A DNA stretch of 63,847 nt, filler included, from Lama guanicoe (Eukaryota): assembly GCA_013239625.1 (NCBI GenBank). It is 141 parts of 141 records of this genome, joined end to end, with 100 filler letters (N's around TTAATTAATTAA, not from the genome) between each part and the next. Parts side by side here need not be neighbours in the genome. Positions count along the whole stretch, not along the records: positions 1 to 352 come from PNXV01057693.1; positions 453 to 804 come from PNXV01057694.1; positions 905 to 1,256 come from PNXV01057695.1; positions 1,357 to 1,708 come from PNXV01057696.1; positions 1,809 to 2,160 come from PNXV01057697.1; positions 2,261 to 2,612 come from PNXV01057698.1; positions 2,713 to 3,064 come from PNXV01057699.1; positions 3,165 to 3,516 come from PNXV01057700.1; 133 more parts are not named here. One strand, 5' to 3'. The notes under the pieces were generated by a model, which ran no database searches, was not told the origin of the DNA, and saw nothing but the letters and a program-made list of their open reading frames with translations. Numbering within the stretch: the stretch's first letter is position 1; each line of letters begins with the position of its first letter. This document shows, in pieces, positions 1 to 13,116 of this stretch. A program made the position numbers and the translations under genes.

Positions 1-352
1 CCCTCCCTGCCCTGAATCTGTTCCAGCACCAGCAACCCAACAGCCCAGCTCGTCCTCCTCTCTGGAGGGAAGGGGAAGCCAGGGCAGCAGGGAGGGAGAG
101 AGGAGGGCACCTATTCAATATGCACATGCTTCTGTGGCCATGAATGGGGATCTCAGAAAGAATAAACTATACAGTGCAGGAAATTACAGGATCCTGTTAT
201 TTCTAGCTCCAATTTATACCAGTATTCTCTTGCAGCTTTTTGAGCCATATTTTGGTTTTTGATTCCCCCCACCCCCCACCAAATACCTGTTTGCTGGGCT
301 CCAAATCTGCTTCTTGATTCTAAGCCAAAACTGTTCTTAACAGTACCTTAAT

Positions 353-452
353 NNNNNNNNNNNNNNNNNNNNNNNNNNNNNNNNNNNNNNNNNNNNTTAA
401 TTAATTAANNNNNNNNNNNNNNNNNNNNNNNNNNNNNNNNNNNNNNNNNNNN
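353..452. other. Artificial contig linker N44-TTAATTAATTAA-N44 (first of ~140 copies; last at 63393-63492)
   Basis: Identical 100-bp unit recurring every ~452-455 bp. The palindromic 12-mer gives TAA stops in all six frames and contains a PacI site. Flanking fragments are unrelated and roughly length-sorted. Confidence 0.99.
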
Positions 453-904
453 AAAATAAGGGCAACAAAATGCATTTTTCCATAGGCTAAAATAGTCTAT
501 GCAAAGGGTTATCCTTTGTTCTGAGGCCACAGTGGAACAATATCTTAAGATGGAGTAAAGTGATTCCTTATTGCAAAAATTGCATACAGCCAAAATTATC
601 CTTCAAAACTTCTTATGAAGGTACAAAAATGAAGTCCAAGCCAATTACGGCCTAATTTCCCTGCAGCATGGAATAGATTGCTAATCCTATGGTTGAGTGT
701 ATCTGATACAATACTTGGCCTTCCTTTAAGTGTCATGATGTTTTTGAAAACAAATCTCTTAAAGACCTGAATGACACATAGCTGAGGGACATGGGACTGT
801 AGACNNNNNNNNNNNNNNNNNNNNNNNNNNNNNNNNNNNNNNNNNNNNTTAATTAATTAANNNNNNNNNNNNNNNNNNNNNNNNNNNNNNNNNNNNNNNN
901 NNNN

Positions 905-1095
905 TGTCAATAACACATCATTTGGTGCACAGCCCTCTGACTCAAAAAACTTGTAAACCTGTGCCTTGATTTCTAACCAGTGGAACAATCCTCAGAGCTT
1001 TTTGAGATTCTCTTCCGGGGTTATAATCCTTAAATTTGGCTCAAATAAAATTTTACATTTCTTTCTTAGATCAACTGATTAATTTTTTGTCGACA
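905..1095 (+). mobile_element. ERV-type LTR, 3' (R/U5) portion
   Basis: LTR-like composition with AATAAA at ~1044, ending in ...GTCGACA (terminal CA). Family not determined. Confidence 0.45.
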
Positions 1096-1140
1096 CATAG
1101 CACTTTACAATTTGCACATAAAAATTCAATAACAAATTTC

Positions 1141-1210
1141 TGTAGACCACAGGGAACTATACTCAACATCTCGTAATAACCTCCAATGGAAAAGAATGTG
1201 AAAACAAAAA
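1141..1210 (+). mobile_element. L1 3'UTR fragment
   Basis: cacagggaactatactcaacatctcgtaataacc...gaaaagaatgtgaaaa resembles laurasiatherian L1 3' ends. Confidence 0.65.
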
Positions 1211-1808
1211 AAAGTAAAGTCTCTACTTTGGAAACTGTTCAGCAAAAAAAAAAAAANNNNNNNNNNNNNNNNNNNNNNNNNNNNNNNNNNNNNNNNNNNN
1301 TTAATTAATTAANNNNNNNNNNNNNNNNNNNNNNNNNNNNNNNNNNNNNNNNNNNNCAAAACAATTATTAAATTGATGAAAAGTAATTCTAGAGAACTTC
1401 AGATGAAAACAAAATAAACACACTAGACAGATTAAGCAAAAAAACAACAATTTAAAAAACACTAGTCTATTCATGAACACTAACTTCAAATTTAAGAAAA
1501 TGAAATTCTTCCTATGAAAAAATTGATGCTCATAGTCTTTAATCAAAAGACAAAAATTAGTTATTTTTTTCCTTTGAGAATCATTAAAAAGAAAATTTTC
1601 TAGATTGAAAGCCACTGATAGATTAACTTTTTAAACTCCCCAGCAATTCATAAATGTTTGAAATTACTTTTCTACAAGATATTGAACTTCAGCATTTCAT
1701 TAGAATGANNNNNNNNNNNNNNNNNNNNNNNNNNNNNNNNNNNNNNNNNNNNTTAATTAATTAANNNNNNNNNNNNNNNNNNNNNNNNNNNNNNNNNNNN
1801 NNNNNNNN

Positions 1809-2160
1809 AGAAGAAAGGATCCGAAGTTCAAAGACAGGACAGTGGAATTCATACAGAAGAGCAAAAGGAAAAATATTAAAAGAAGGCAAAGACAGCTTAA
1901 GGGACTTACGGGACATAAACATATGGAAGATATTCCCATTATGGGAATTCTGGAAGACGAAGAGACGGACAAAGAGGTAGAGAACTTATTAAAAGAAATA
2001 ATGTCTGAAAACTTTCCGAACCTGGGAAAAGAAACAGAATTCCAAAACCAGGAAGCCCCTAGATTCCAAAGAAGGTAAAACCAATGAGACTCACAGCAAA
2101 ACACACGATCCTTAAAGTGTTAAAAGTTAAAGACAAGGAGAGAATCTTAAAAGCAGAAAG
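1809..2160 (+). mobile_element. L1 ORF1 fragment, degenerate
   Basis: Translation IMGILEDEETDKEVENLLKEIMSENFPNLGKETEFQNQEAPR matches the L1 ORF1p I.G.PE...ENFPNL motif. Confidence 0.9.
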
Positions 2161-2260
2161 NNNNNNNNNNNNNNNNNNNNNNNNNNNNNNNNNNNNNNNN
2201 NNNNTTAATTAATTAANNNNNNNNNNNNNNNNNNNNNNNNNNNNNNNNNNNNNNNNNNNN

Positions 2261-2520
2261 TTTTTTTTGTATTTAATTCTTCAATCCATCTGGAATTGAT
2301 TTCTCTGCATGATGTGAAGTAAGGGCCTAAAATTGATTTTTCCCCTCTAAATTGCTACCTAGAAGTCTCAGCACCATTTATTAAATAATCCTTCCTTTTC
2401 TCATTGATGTGTGATGTCTCCTTTACCACGTATTAAATTCTCATACATACTGGAATCTATTTCTGGGCTATTTTGTTCCATTGATCTGTCTGTCTAGTCC
2501 TGTGCCAGCAGCACACTAGT
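2261..2520 (-). mobile_element. Old L1 ORF2 3' region
   Basis: ccatctggaattgatt...cagcaccatttattaaataatcc...gttccattgatctgtctgtct is the antisense L1 ORF2 signature. Confidence 0.75.
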
Positions 2521-4520
2521 CAAAAAGAACTTCTTTAGACATGTTTGGAATAAGAAGATTAGCAAGGAAGAGACAGGCTGACCGTTTGAGGCCAGTTGTA
2601 AAATTCTGATATNNNNNNNNNNNNNNNNNNNNNNNNNNNNNNNNNNNNNNNNNNNNTTAATTAATTAANNNNNNNNNNNNNNNNNNNNNNNNNNNNNNNN
2701 NNNNNNNNNNNNAAAGGGGAAGGCAGAGAGGAAGTGAAAGTGTTATCTTTATACTAATAAAGCAGATTTTGGAGATGTGGCCGGAACCTGCAGGAAAGTG
2801 GGTTTTCCAACAGCCAAAGCAGAGTTGAAGTTAGCCGCTCAGCCCTGGACGGCCCTGGACGGCACAGGTGCGGGTCCACGAGGAGCGGGCGGAGCAGGCC
2901 AGGCACTCCTCCCTGGGAAGAGGAGCTGAGGAGGAGGAGCTAAGCTGAGAATACCTTGTCTATTTATCTTCCCCAAATCCGCTGCTTAGCTAAGTGCCAC
3001 GCCCCCCAGTGAGAGGGCAGAAGGACAGACCAGGAGGAGAGGTCTCTCTGCAGAGACGGGAACANNNNNNNNNNNNNNNNNNNNNNNNNNNNNNNNNNNN
3101 NNNNNNNNTTAATTAATTAANNNNNNNNNNNNNNNNNNNNNNNNNNNNNNNNNNNNNNNNNNNNCTGGATGAAGCACTTCACTAAGAGATTCCATCAGCA
3201 CGGAGACAACCGCTCTGAAACAGTGCTTTCCTCTCCTGTGGTGATGGCCTTCCACCTCCAGTCTGACTGTCCCCCTCCGCCTCCACGGTCTTGTGAGAAC
3301 ATCTCTGTCAGGGAGAAAATGCAAGGGAGGTGGCTCTGGGCAGGTAGCTGTCAGTCAGCCTGTGAGGGGACTGTAGGCATTGCTCTTCTGTCACACTTTC
3401 CCTTCGTCACCCGCGGTCAGTGCCCCCTGCTCTGCCTTCCAGCACCCAGACCTCTAACGCCACCACCTCTCCGCACCCTGGTCCCACGTCCCCTCCAATG
3501 AACACTTCCTGTCACTNNNNNNNNNNNNNNNNNNNNNNNNNNNNNNNNNNNNNNNNNNNNTTAATTAATTAANNNNNNNNNNNNNNNNNNNNNNNNNNNN
3601 NNNNNNNNNNNNNNNNAATGAACTGTCTGGGAAGTGAATGATATCTCAATAAAAATATAAAGCAACAGAAAAGGAACCAAATCTGGACGCTTTGAGAATT
3701 TAGGCTTCTTACCTGACAACCACTCTAGGCGTCTACTAAAGTCAGCACGCACGGAAGGGTAGCTGAGCTCAGATGTGCAGAAACAGATAACCGTGTTGTC
3801 TTCAAAGGCTGTCACGCAGCTCTGGGACATTTGTCTAAATCTTGAGCCAAAACCAAATTGTTCTCAGAGGACTGTCAACCGCAAACAGTCATGATCATGT
3901 TAGAAATCAAAATATTTGAGGTCGGCGATCTTAAACTTGAATTTGAAAGTATTCATCAAGAATCCTTCNNNNNNNNNNNNNNNNNNNNNNNNNNNNNNNN
4001 NNNNNNNNNNNNTTAATTAATTAANNNNNNNNNNNNNNNNNNNNNNNNNNNNNNNNNNNNNNNNNNNNGGGACACGTCCCAGCGGCTCAGCCAAAGCCTG
4101 GGACACAGGCCTCCTCGTGCCCCACATCCGTTTTTCCTGCATCAGTCCTACCTACCATACTTATTTTTAAATGTGTTGATTTCTTTATATCTTTAAGTTA
4201 AACTTATATTTTTCCTAAAACATGGGGACTAGAATCTCTACAGGAATTTTATACCAATAACCAAACACATTAATGATTTTCAGAAGGATAAAAGTTCTCT
4301 GTCTATATAATGACATTTTGTCCACTTTCAAAGGGCAACAAAACTTTATTCAAAGAGCGTTGCTTGTGTACAGCGATCAAAATTACTTCAAGTGTCTTCT
4401 ATGTCAGTATTTACTGTAAGNNNNNNNNNNNNNNNNNNNNNNNNNNNNNNNNNNNNNNNNNNNNTTAATTAATTAANNNNNNNNNNNNNNNNNNNNNNNN
4501 NNNNNNNNNNNNNNNNNNNN

Positions 4521-4600
4521 ATTTTCATATTCTTTTTCATTGAAGGTTATTACAAGATATTGAATATAGCTCCTTATGCTATACAGAAGAAATTTGGTTT
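4521..4600 (-). mobile_element. L1 3' end fragment
   Basis: catattctttttcattgaaggttattacaagatattgaatatagctcc is the reverse of the L1 3'UTR seen at 43487. Confidence 0.7.
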
Positions 4601-4994
4601 TTTTTAGTAAAGTATTTTGAAACGAAAATTGTTTGCCTCAACCTTCCTTCCTTCTTTCCATTCTCCTTCCTTCCTTCCTTCCATTTGTGCTTTGTCCAGG
4701 CATTGAAGAAGCCCAGTCATATCAGAACATTGTAGAAATTTGCTTGAATCTTTCGTGTGTAAGCATTTTCTGATTCTCTGGTCTTGCTTCTTCAATATCT
4801 ATTAGATTTGATCATTTGTTAGTCTGTCAACTGAAATAAAATCACACAATGTGAGAGTTGTGGGTTAAGTTTNNNNNNNNNNNNNNNNNNNNNNNNNNNN
4901 NNNNNNNNNNNNNNNNTTAATTAATTAANNNNNNNNNNNNNNNNNNNNNNNNNNNNNNNNNNNNNNNNNNNNGGGCAGAATATGGAGATGGTTT

Positions 4995-5324
4995 TTGTTT
5001 AGTTATTTAGCAGTAATGACCACCTGCTGTGTGCCTGATAGTGACCAAGGTGCTGGAGATTTAGCCATGAATAAAATAAAAATTCTCTCCTTATAGATAA
5101 TAAGCAAATAAAAATGTAATCTAATGTCAGGCAGGAGCTAAATGCCATGAATAAGGATGGGTGGAGTGCTGGAGGGGGTGGGAGAATGGCATGTCATGGA
5201 AAAAGATAGTCTGGGAATATGACATTTAAGCAGAGAGAGACCTAAGAAAGTAAGGGGAAAAATATATATATATGGAAATTTGGGGAGAAGAAGATTGCAG
5301 GTGGGAGGGAGCAGCAGGGGCAGA
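4995..5324 (-). mobile_element. L2 3' region
   Basis: acctgctgtgtgcctg...ggtgctggagat...gacatttaagcagaga is the typical antisense L2 pattern. Confidence 0.6.
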
Positions 5325-5424
5325 NNNNNNNNNNNNNNNNNNNNNNNNNNNNNNNNNNNNNNNNNNNNTTAATTAATTAANNNNNNNNNNNNNNNNNNNN
5401 NNNNNNNNNNNNNNNNNNNNNNNN

Positions 5425-5776
5425 CTCCAGAATTTGCTTGGTTCCTTTCTGCAATTTCTGTCTCGCTGTTGATATTCTTGATATGGACATACATTACTCT
5501 TATGCATTCCTTTATCTCTTTGTGTATGGTTTTCTTTAGCTCCTTGAACATACATAGAACAGTTTATTTAAAGTGTTTCTTTAGGAAGTCTAATATCTGA
5601 GCTTCCTCAGGGATAATTTTATATTTGATCTGTGAATGAGCCATACTAAGTTGTATGCTTCATAATTCTTTGTTGAAAACTGGACATTTAAAAAATTGCA
5701 ATGTGGTAACTCTGGAAATCAAATACTTCCCTTTCTTCAGAGTGTGTTTTGACTTTTCTAGACTATTTTTGTGAAG
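5425..5776 (-). mobile_element. Old L1 5'/ORF1 region
   Basis: Minus translation MFKELKKTIHKEIKE...NINSETEI resembles the L1M ORF1 coiled coil. Confidence 0.75.
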
Positions 5777-5876
5777 NNNNNNNNNNNNNNNNNNNNNNNN
5801 NNNNNNNNNNNNNNNNNNNNTTAATTAATTAANNNNNNNNNNNNNNNNNNNNNNNNNNNNNNNNNNNNNNNNNNNN

Positions 5877-6228
5877 TGGAATGATTACTGTGTCTCCCAG
5901 AGGCATTCTTTCATTTGGAGTTAAGATCTCTAGACAGCAGAGAATAAGATAATGCTCTTGGGAAGCAAAATTATTGTTTGTGGATGACTAAGGACAAAAG
6001 TGAGTGAAGTTACTCCTATTTCTACCCATTGACTCTTAGACCTGTGTAACAGTCTTGGTAGAAACAGTATCATACATTATGCCCTGCTTTACAGCACTTG
6101 CAGCACTCCTTGAAGACATTGCCTTAGCCCTGCAAGGTACTGCAATCTAGCTAGTACTGTAACTGGGTCTTCTAAAGGCCATTCCACTGTTCCATCAAGC
6201 CACTTGCATCAGGATGTTGAAAAACATG
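5877..6228 (-). mobile_element. ERVL internal fragment (integrase C-terminal part toward dUTPase), multiple stops
   Basis: Minus strand reads HVFQHPDASGLMEQWNGL*KTQLQY*LDCSTLQG*GNV, matching recalled ERVL pol HHPEAAGLIERWNGLLKSQLQRQLGDNTLQGWG. Confidence 0.85.
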
Positions 6229-6865
6229 NNNNNNNNNNNNNNNNNNNNNNNNNNNNNNNNNNNNNNNNNNNNTTAATTAATTAANNNNNNNNNNNNNNNN
6301 NNNNNNNNNNNNNNNNNNNNNNNNNNNNCTTCTTCCACCCATTTATCTGCCACAGAATCTGCTTCAGGAAGCAGGATGTAAGCCATTAGGTTAATGAGTG
6401 CAAGCGCTTGCAAGAGATGCGAGGAACTCAGGCAAAATTTTGACACAGAAGTGAAAAGGCACACAGAGATGGTATCTAAGTTTTGGAACCAGTAGAACTG
6501 GGGTAGAAAGAGAAGAATAAAAGGATTGAGTAGTTGAGAGGAAACTCCAGACCACAGTGAGAAAATTCAAAGGTCTCCTGGGTGGGTTAGTACCTTGGCA
6601 CCCCTTCAAATAGATGCACTTGCTTTAGCTCCCCCTGATGTTACATAATGCATTCTGGCTGAACTTAATAGCTATTGATANNNNNNNNNNNNNNNNNNNN
6701 NNNNNNNNNNNNNNNNNNNNNNNNTTAATTAATTAANNNNNNNNNNNNNNNNNNNNNNNNNNNNNNNNNNNNNNNNNNNNTTTAATGAAAAGTTGTCAAG
6801 ACCTGTATCTTATATGATGTATGATTTTGTCACCCAGAATAAATGGATAAATGAATGAATAAGTT

Positions 6866-7132
6866 GGGTTCTGGTTCAAGATGATGGTATAGGAAAACCT
6901 TGAACTAACCTCCTCCCAGAGACATACACAATTACACCTATGTAAAGAGTAATTCCTCCTGAGGAATAACTGAGGGCTGATTGAAAAGCTTCTGCACAAG
7001 GAAAGATAGAGGGACCACACAGAGATGGGTAGGAGGGAAAGAGACATGGTGTCAATGGGAACCCCACCCTGAGGCTGCAACTTGTAGTGGGAAGGGATAT
7101 CACTGAGGGGCCAGCATGCAGACGCATCCACC
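6866..7132 (+). mobile_element. L1 5'UTR start
   Basis: ttcaagatgatggtataggaaaaccttgaactaacctcctccca resembles the L1 5' end with a degenerate YY1 site (aagatggc). Confidence 0.7.
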
Positions 7133-9042
7133 NNNNNNNNNNNNNNNNNNNNNNNNNNNNNNNNNNNNNNNNNNNNTTAATTAATTAANNNNNNNNNNNN
7201 NNNNNNNNNNNNNNNNNNNNNNNNNNNNNNNNGGCTGAAAGTTAAATTGTCAATAAATAGAAGCTATTCATAATCCAAGTATTATTTCCTTAAACATTAG
7301 CATTTGCAAACAAAGGATATATTCCCAGGCACCACTACATTATTGCAGTTTAAATACATTAATTTTGTCATTCATACACTACAGCAGAGATTTAATATTA
7401 TCTGGAAAAATGGGATAGGCAGAAACATGAAGTGAGGAAAAGGGAATGTTGTCTCTAAAGGATCCGTCTGTTGCAATGTTCTTGAGTCTGAGATCAAGGA
7501 ACATAAAACTAAATTAGGAAAAATATTCCATCAGTACTTTAATTGCAATATTACGCATCCTATACCCAGGAGGCATTTTTTTTTNNNNNNNNNNNNNNNN
7601 NNNNNNNNNNNNNNNNNNNNNNNNNNNNTTAATTAATTAANNNNNNNNNNNNNNNNNNNNNNNNNNNNNNNNNNNNNNNNNNNNCTGCTGGGTGGTTGTT
7701 TGGATGCTTTTGTCTGCCCAGTCTTTATTAGGCTGGTAAAAGCCTTAGCCCTGTATGACCTCCTGGGCCAAGGACGTTCCTCCAACTTGTCCAGCAAGTT
7801 TAGGGGAATAAAAGTCACACTGAATCTGGATTTCATGGTGTTGGCACTTTAACAGTCACCATAGGCACCAACACTTAAGGCGTGAGGAGTTATCTCCACC
7901 TCCTACAGGCAGAGTATCTACACACATAATTAGGAATTCTCCTGAAGTTCAGAGGCTTTTCAGGCATGAGAGCTTCTCAGGTTGTTTAGTCAATTTCCAG
8001 AGCGCTGAGTTGTTGCTGTCAATTAGCATACAAGTCNNNNNNNNNNNNNNNNNNNNNNNNNNNNNNNNNNNNNNNNNNNNTTAATTAATTAANNNNNNNN
8101 NNNNNNNNNNNNNNNNNNNNNNNNNNNNNNNNNNNNTTTTCTTTAACTGCATTTTACTCTCCTGGCCCAGGACCCGAGCTCTCCATGCCAGGGGGCAAAG
8201 GGTGACTTCAAACGTGTTAGTTAGCGCTCACTCACCCTCTGTCAGGGTAATCAGCTTGTGTGGGCGAATCCTTTGTCTTTGGAGGTTTTTTCCCACCCTC
8301 CCCTCTAGCCAAGACGGCATCTGAGGCAGGGGAGGCTGACACACCCTGGGGTGGGAAGGGGGCCTTGGGTTGTCCTTGAGCTGTCATCTGGGGCCTCGGG
8401 CTCCTGGGGCATCTCCATCCTGGGGATCCTAGAGTGGGAGCTAAGTTCCCCTGCCCACGTGGCCCCAGCTAGACATCATGGCCACAGGCNNNNNNNNNNN
8501 NNNNNNNNNNNNNNNNNNNNNNNNNNNNNNNNNTTAATTAATTAANNNNNNNNNNNNNNNNNNNNNNNNNNNNNNNNNNNNNNNNNNNNTTTTAAGTTTT
8601 CAAAAGTTCTTAAAGGCAAGAGTGAATTTCTGTGGATTTTACTAGTCCCAGCTTTTAGGTTCTTTAAGACACTTAACAGGACTGCATAGAGGCTTTTTCA
8701 GCATTTCTGTATTGTCTCCTGCCAAATGTGGCAAGACTACCATTAGAAATGGATTACATTTGAAACCATTAGACTTGTAGGTGATACAAGCATCTAGGAG
8801 AAAGGTTAATCACACTATAGAGGTGTATGTGGTATCATTTTCCCATTTCTAATTGTTTAAATGGAATTTTATACCAATGTTTAAAATTAATCAGGTGTTA
8901 GCTTGAGGTGGTTAAAAAAGGTTGTTTGGGGAGTTTGTTATANNNNNNNNNNNNNNNNNNNNNNNNNNNNNNNNNNNNNNNNNNNNTTAATTAATTAANN
9001 NNNNNNNNNNNNNNNNNNNNNNNNNNNNNNNNNNNNNNNNNN

Positions 9043-9394
9043 TGTTGATTCTTCCAATCCAAGAGCACAAGAAATCTTTCCATTTCCTTGTATCATTTTG
9101 AGTTTTGGAGTATAGGTAAACCCTGTGGTTAAGTTTATATCTAGGTATTTTGATGTAATGGAAATGTTTATGCCAGGTAAAAAACTCTGGTTCTTGAAGT
9201 GAAAAAAACAAAAAAAGAGTGAATTAAGGGCCACAAACAGCAAAAATATCATTGATTCTTATGGGGGAGCTGTATTCCATTACATATATATATGCTGCAT
9301 CTTCATTAGCTATTCAACTATTGATGTGCACTTAGGATGCTTTCTTATCTTGGCAATCATAAATAATGTTGCTGTTAATAGCAGGGTGTATGTA
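9043..9394 (-). mobile_element. L1 ORF2 and 3'UTR fragments
   Basis: Minus translation KWKDFLCSWIGRIN (ORF2 motif), plus an antisense L1 3'UTR at the end. Confidence 0.8.
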
Positions 9395-9947
9395 NNNNNN
9401 NNNNNNNNNNNNNNNNNNNNNNNNNNNNNNNNNNNNNNTTAATTAATTAANNNNNNNNNNNNNNNNNNNNNNNNNNNNNNNNNNNNNNNNNNNNAAATTT
9501 ATCAATTTTGCAATTTTGATGAGCTCAATCTGCAATATTTACATTATTATGATGATGGACATGAAAGTCACAACTGAGCATTTAGTAGGCTATGACTACT
9601 TTCCTTTTATTTTCTTTTTTTTCTCTCATTTTCTTGAATGAATTTTTAATTTTCCCAGGAATAAATAATTATTTTATTGTACTCATTTTAAACCATCCCC
9701 AAGCTCTCCTCAGAGTCTAGTCTTCGTGAACATCTTTGAGCATGTCTGATATCCACCAGCTTCGTCTCTTTGCACAGCCCTGTCCCACAGCCCTCAGTCC
9801 TGCCTCGTGTGGAAGGGGTCCCTGCACACCTGGGGCAGGGCTGACGCNNNNNNNNNNNNNNNNNNNNNNNNNNNNNNNNNNNNNNNNNNNNTTAATTAAT
9901 TAANNNNNNNNNNNNNNNNNNNNNNNNNNNNNNNNNNNNNNNNNNNN

Positions 9948-10300
9948 TCATGAACATAGATGCAAAAATCCTCTATAAAATATTACCAAATCAAATTCAG
10001 TATTATATAAAAACAAATATACACCAAGACCAACCAAATATACACAAGCGACTTATCCCAAGTATGTAAGACTGGTTTAACATCTGAAAATCAATGAATT
10101 TAATCCACCAGATCAACAGGCTAAAAATAAAAAATAAAAATCACATAAACATATCAATAGATGGAGAAAAAACATATGACAAAATCTAACATTTATTATA
10201 AAAACTCTCAGTAAACTAGTTATGGTGGTTAAATACCTGAACTTGATAATCTACAAAAAACCTAGAGCTAAAATCATAATTAATGGTGAGAAACTCTAAG
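9948..10300 (+). mobile_element. L1 ORF2 reverse transcriptase fragment
   Basis: MNIDAKILYKIL...ISIDGEKTYDKI matches L1 RT motifs. Confidence 0.9.
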
Positions 10301-10852
10301 NNNNNNNNNNNNNNNNNNNNNNNNNNNNNNNNNNNNNNNNNNNNTTAATTAATTAANNNNNNNNNNNNNNNNNNNNNNNNNNNNNNNNNNNNNNNNNNNN
10401 TATTTCAGTATATAGCCTTAAGGGATAAGGACTCTTTGGTAATGTTTTAGTGATGGCATATTATGCATTTTTAATAAGAACTCTCTGGTATTTTATATTT
10501 TAACTGCTTTCCATTCTTATTCTCCATATCTGTGTTTCATTGTTCAAGTTACTTTCTTGGGGTTTCAGTTATTGTTCTATAGGTTGGACTTCTTTGGAAG
10601 AAAAAATTCCAAGGTATTGTTTTAAATTTGGTTTTGGGTCCTTAATCAGTACAGTATTATGTGAGTATTTTAGGAGAAATTAAATGAAGCCCAGAGAGCT
10701 TCATAAAATTATTTTATGAAATTAAGTTTAGGTCAGTGGAACAGCTAAATGCNNNNNNNNNNNNNNNNNNNNNNNNNNNNNNNNNNNNNNNNNNNNTTAA
10801 TTAATTAANNNNNNNNNNNNNNNNNNNNNNNNNNNNNNNNNNNNNNNNNNNN

Positions 10853-10983
10853 GTGTATGCTTAGCATGCACGAGATCCTGGGTTCAATCCCCGGTATCTC
10901 CATTTAAAAAAAAAAAAGAAGAAATTAAGTAAATAAATCTAATTATCTCCCTACCCCCCAAAAAAAAACTAAAAAAAAAAAAG
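10853..10983 (+). mobile_element. Vic-1-type tRNA-derived SINE (5'-truncated by contig end)
   Basis: gcttagcatgcacgagatcctgggttcaatcccc (B box), then A-rich linker, ctaattatctccc and polyA. Confidence 0.88.
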
Positions 10984-11305
10984 ATTATCAAGGGAGCATA
11001 TCTGGAAAGAAAAAGCAAACCCAAGGCCTGAGCCCAGGGCATGCTGACCTAAAGAGGGAGGGGGTAACCTGCAAGGACAAAGCAATGTTGAGGCAACCTG
11101 AGCACGTGCACTTCTGAAGCCATGTGGGTAGAGTATATGGAGAGGAGTAGATCTGTTGTGTCCACTGCTGCTGAGAGAGAATGAGGACTGACAGCTGACC
11201 TTGGANNNNNNNNNNNNNNNNNNNNNNNNNNNNNNNNNNNNNNNNNNNNTTAATTAATTAANNNNNNNNNNNNNNNNNNNNNNNNNNNNNNNNNNNNNNN
11301 NNNNN

Positions 11306-11441
11306 AAGTAATCCTTCCATCTCAAGGTTCATAATCTTTATCACATCTGCAATGCCCCTTTTACTATATAAATTAGCAGAGTCATAAATTCTGGAGATTA
11401 ACTTGTGGCCATTTTGAGTGATTTTTATTTCCCCTACCACA
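11306..11441 (-). mobile_element. MLT1 (MaLR) LTR 5' end
   Basis: taatccttccatctcaagg...atcacatctgcaatgcccctttt...cctaccaca is the reverse of an MLT1 TGTGGTAG start. Confidence 0.8.
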
Positions 11442-11974
11442 TAAAGAATTCCAAATTTTCTCCTTTCTAGGAAAACCACCTTTCACATGCAAATCCCCAA
11501 TAATCTCAACAGATACATCATTAAATTTCACTTGGTGTTGAAGGGAAGAGACACTCAAGTATAAAATGAGACATGCATGTAAGGAGAAATGAAGGAATAT
11601 CTTGCATTGTATGGTGTTATTTTATATGCTGTGGGACCAGCATTTATATGATACGTANNNNNNNNNNNNNNNNNNNNNNNNNNNNNNNNNNNNNNNNNNN
11701 NTTAATTAATTAANNNNNNNNNNNNNNNNNNNNNNNNNNNNNNNNNNNNNNNNNNNNTCCACTTCTGCATATTTCCTTCCTGGTTTGGTTCACCTCAGAT
11801 GTTATATATAATTGCAAATGCAATGCTCCTACCATTTGGTAATCTGCTTCTTTCATTTATTATTTCATCATACATATGCTTCCTCTGCTTTCACGTTATC
11901 TTTGAAATAATTGATCTTGATTTATAGTAGTCCTTTGAAGTGGATATGCCATTTCCTTAGTAAACTGATTAGTG

Positions 11975-12110
11975 GTCTTTGGGTTAGCCTGCCCCATTCA
12001 AAACATTGCTCTGCGACCTTGGGAAAGTTAGCAATTTAACCTCCGGAGACTCAGTTTCTCTATCTATAAAATGAAATCAGTACTAGTCCCTGAGGGATGT
12101 TGTCAGGGTT
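11975..12110 (+). mobile_element. MIR SINE core
   Basis: tgcgaccttgggaaagtta...ctcagtttctctatctataaaatg is the MIR core. Confidence 0.8.
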
Positions 12111-13116
12111 NNNNNNNNNNNNNNNNNNNNNNNNNNNNNNNNNNNNNNNNNNNNTTAATTAATTAANNNNNNNNNNNNNNNNNNNNNNNNNNNNNNNNNN
12201 NNNNNNNNNNCTTCCTGCCCAATGTCATTGACTGTAGTATACCTTTCAGCATACTACACTCACCCAGTCAATGAAGAATTGGTAGAAATTAGAGTCACTG
12301 GGGATTTATCAAATCACTATTTAGGGAAAGTAAATAATTTGATTTTTAAATGTTACTTTCTGTTCATAACTTACTCCCTCTAAAATGTACTCAGTGTTGA
12401 TAATGATCAATGTTCTCTATTTTGATTTTTTTTTAAACTACTACCCATACCCAGAGTCAAAGAGATATCATTTATACTGGTAAATTTTTTTATGGAAAAG
12501 GTAACAAAAATTACTGATAGCTTAGAAGAGTTTATGATATTCATCAAATATCCAACTTCCAGANNNNNNNNNNNNNNNNNNNNNNNNNNNNNNNNNNNNN
12601 NNNNNNNTTAATTAATTAANNNNNNNNNNNNNNNNNNNNNNNNNNNNNNNNNNNNNNNNNNNNTTTTAATAAGCCCATTCATTGTAAAGGAGATGAGAGT
12701 TTCTGGGTGAAATTTTTAAGAATAATATTTTAGGGGTGTATACTAAAAGCAAACTCTCCAGGTATTTAATAACTTGATATTTTAGAATTATACTAAATTA
12801 CCTGACAGAAGTGTTCTGAATGGATTAGCCATTCCCAAATAGATAAGATACTGAAGCACTAATTAATGGAAACAGACTTCCTTTACAGAGGAACTACAGG
12901 ATTTTAGGATTATTAGTAAATCTGATTGGATCAGGATATTTTCTATATGAAAGCACATAGTTTTAGCAATTATCATTGATTGGTGTTTATGTTTGCCAGT
13001 TGACAAAAGGCTAATANNNNNNNNNNNNNNNNNNNNNNNNNNNNNNNNNNNNNNNNNNNNTTAATTAATTAANNNNNNNNNNNNNNNNNNNNNNNNNNNN
13101 NNNNNNNNNNNNNNNN

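Noticed and set aside
8590..8942. Sequence resembling a conserved mRNA 3'UTR or retrocopy
   Set aside because: I could not assign a gene with any confidence; needs BLASTN.
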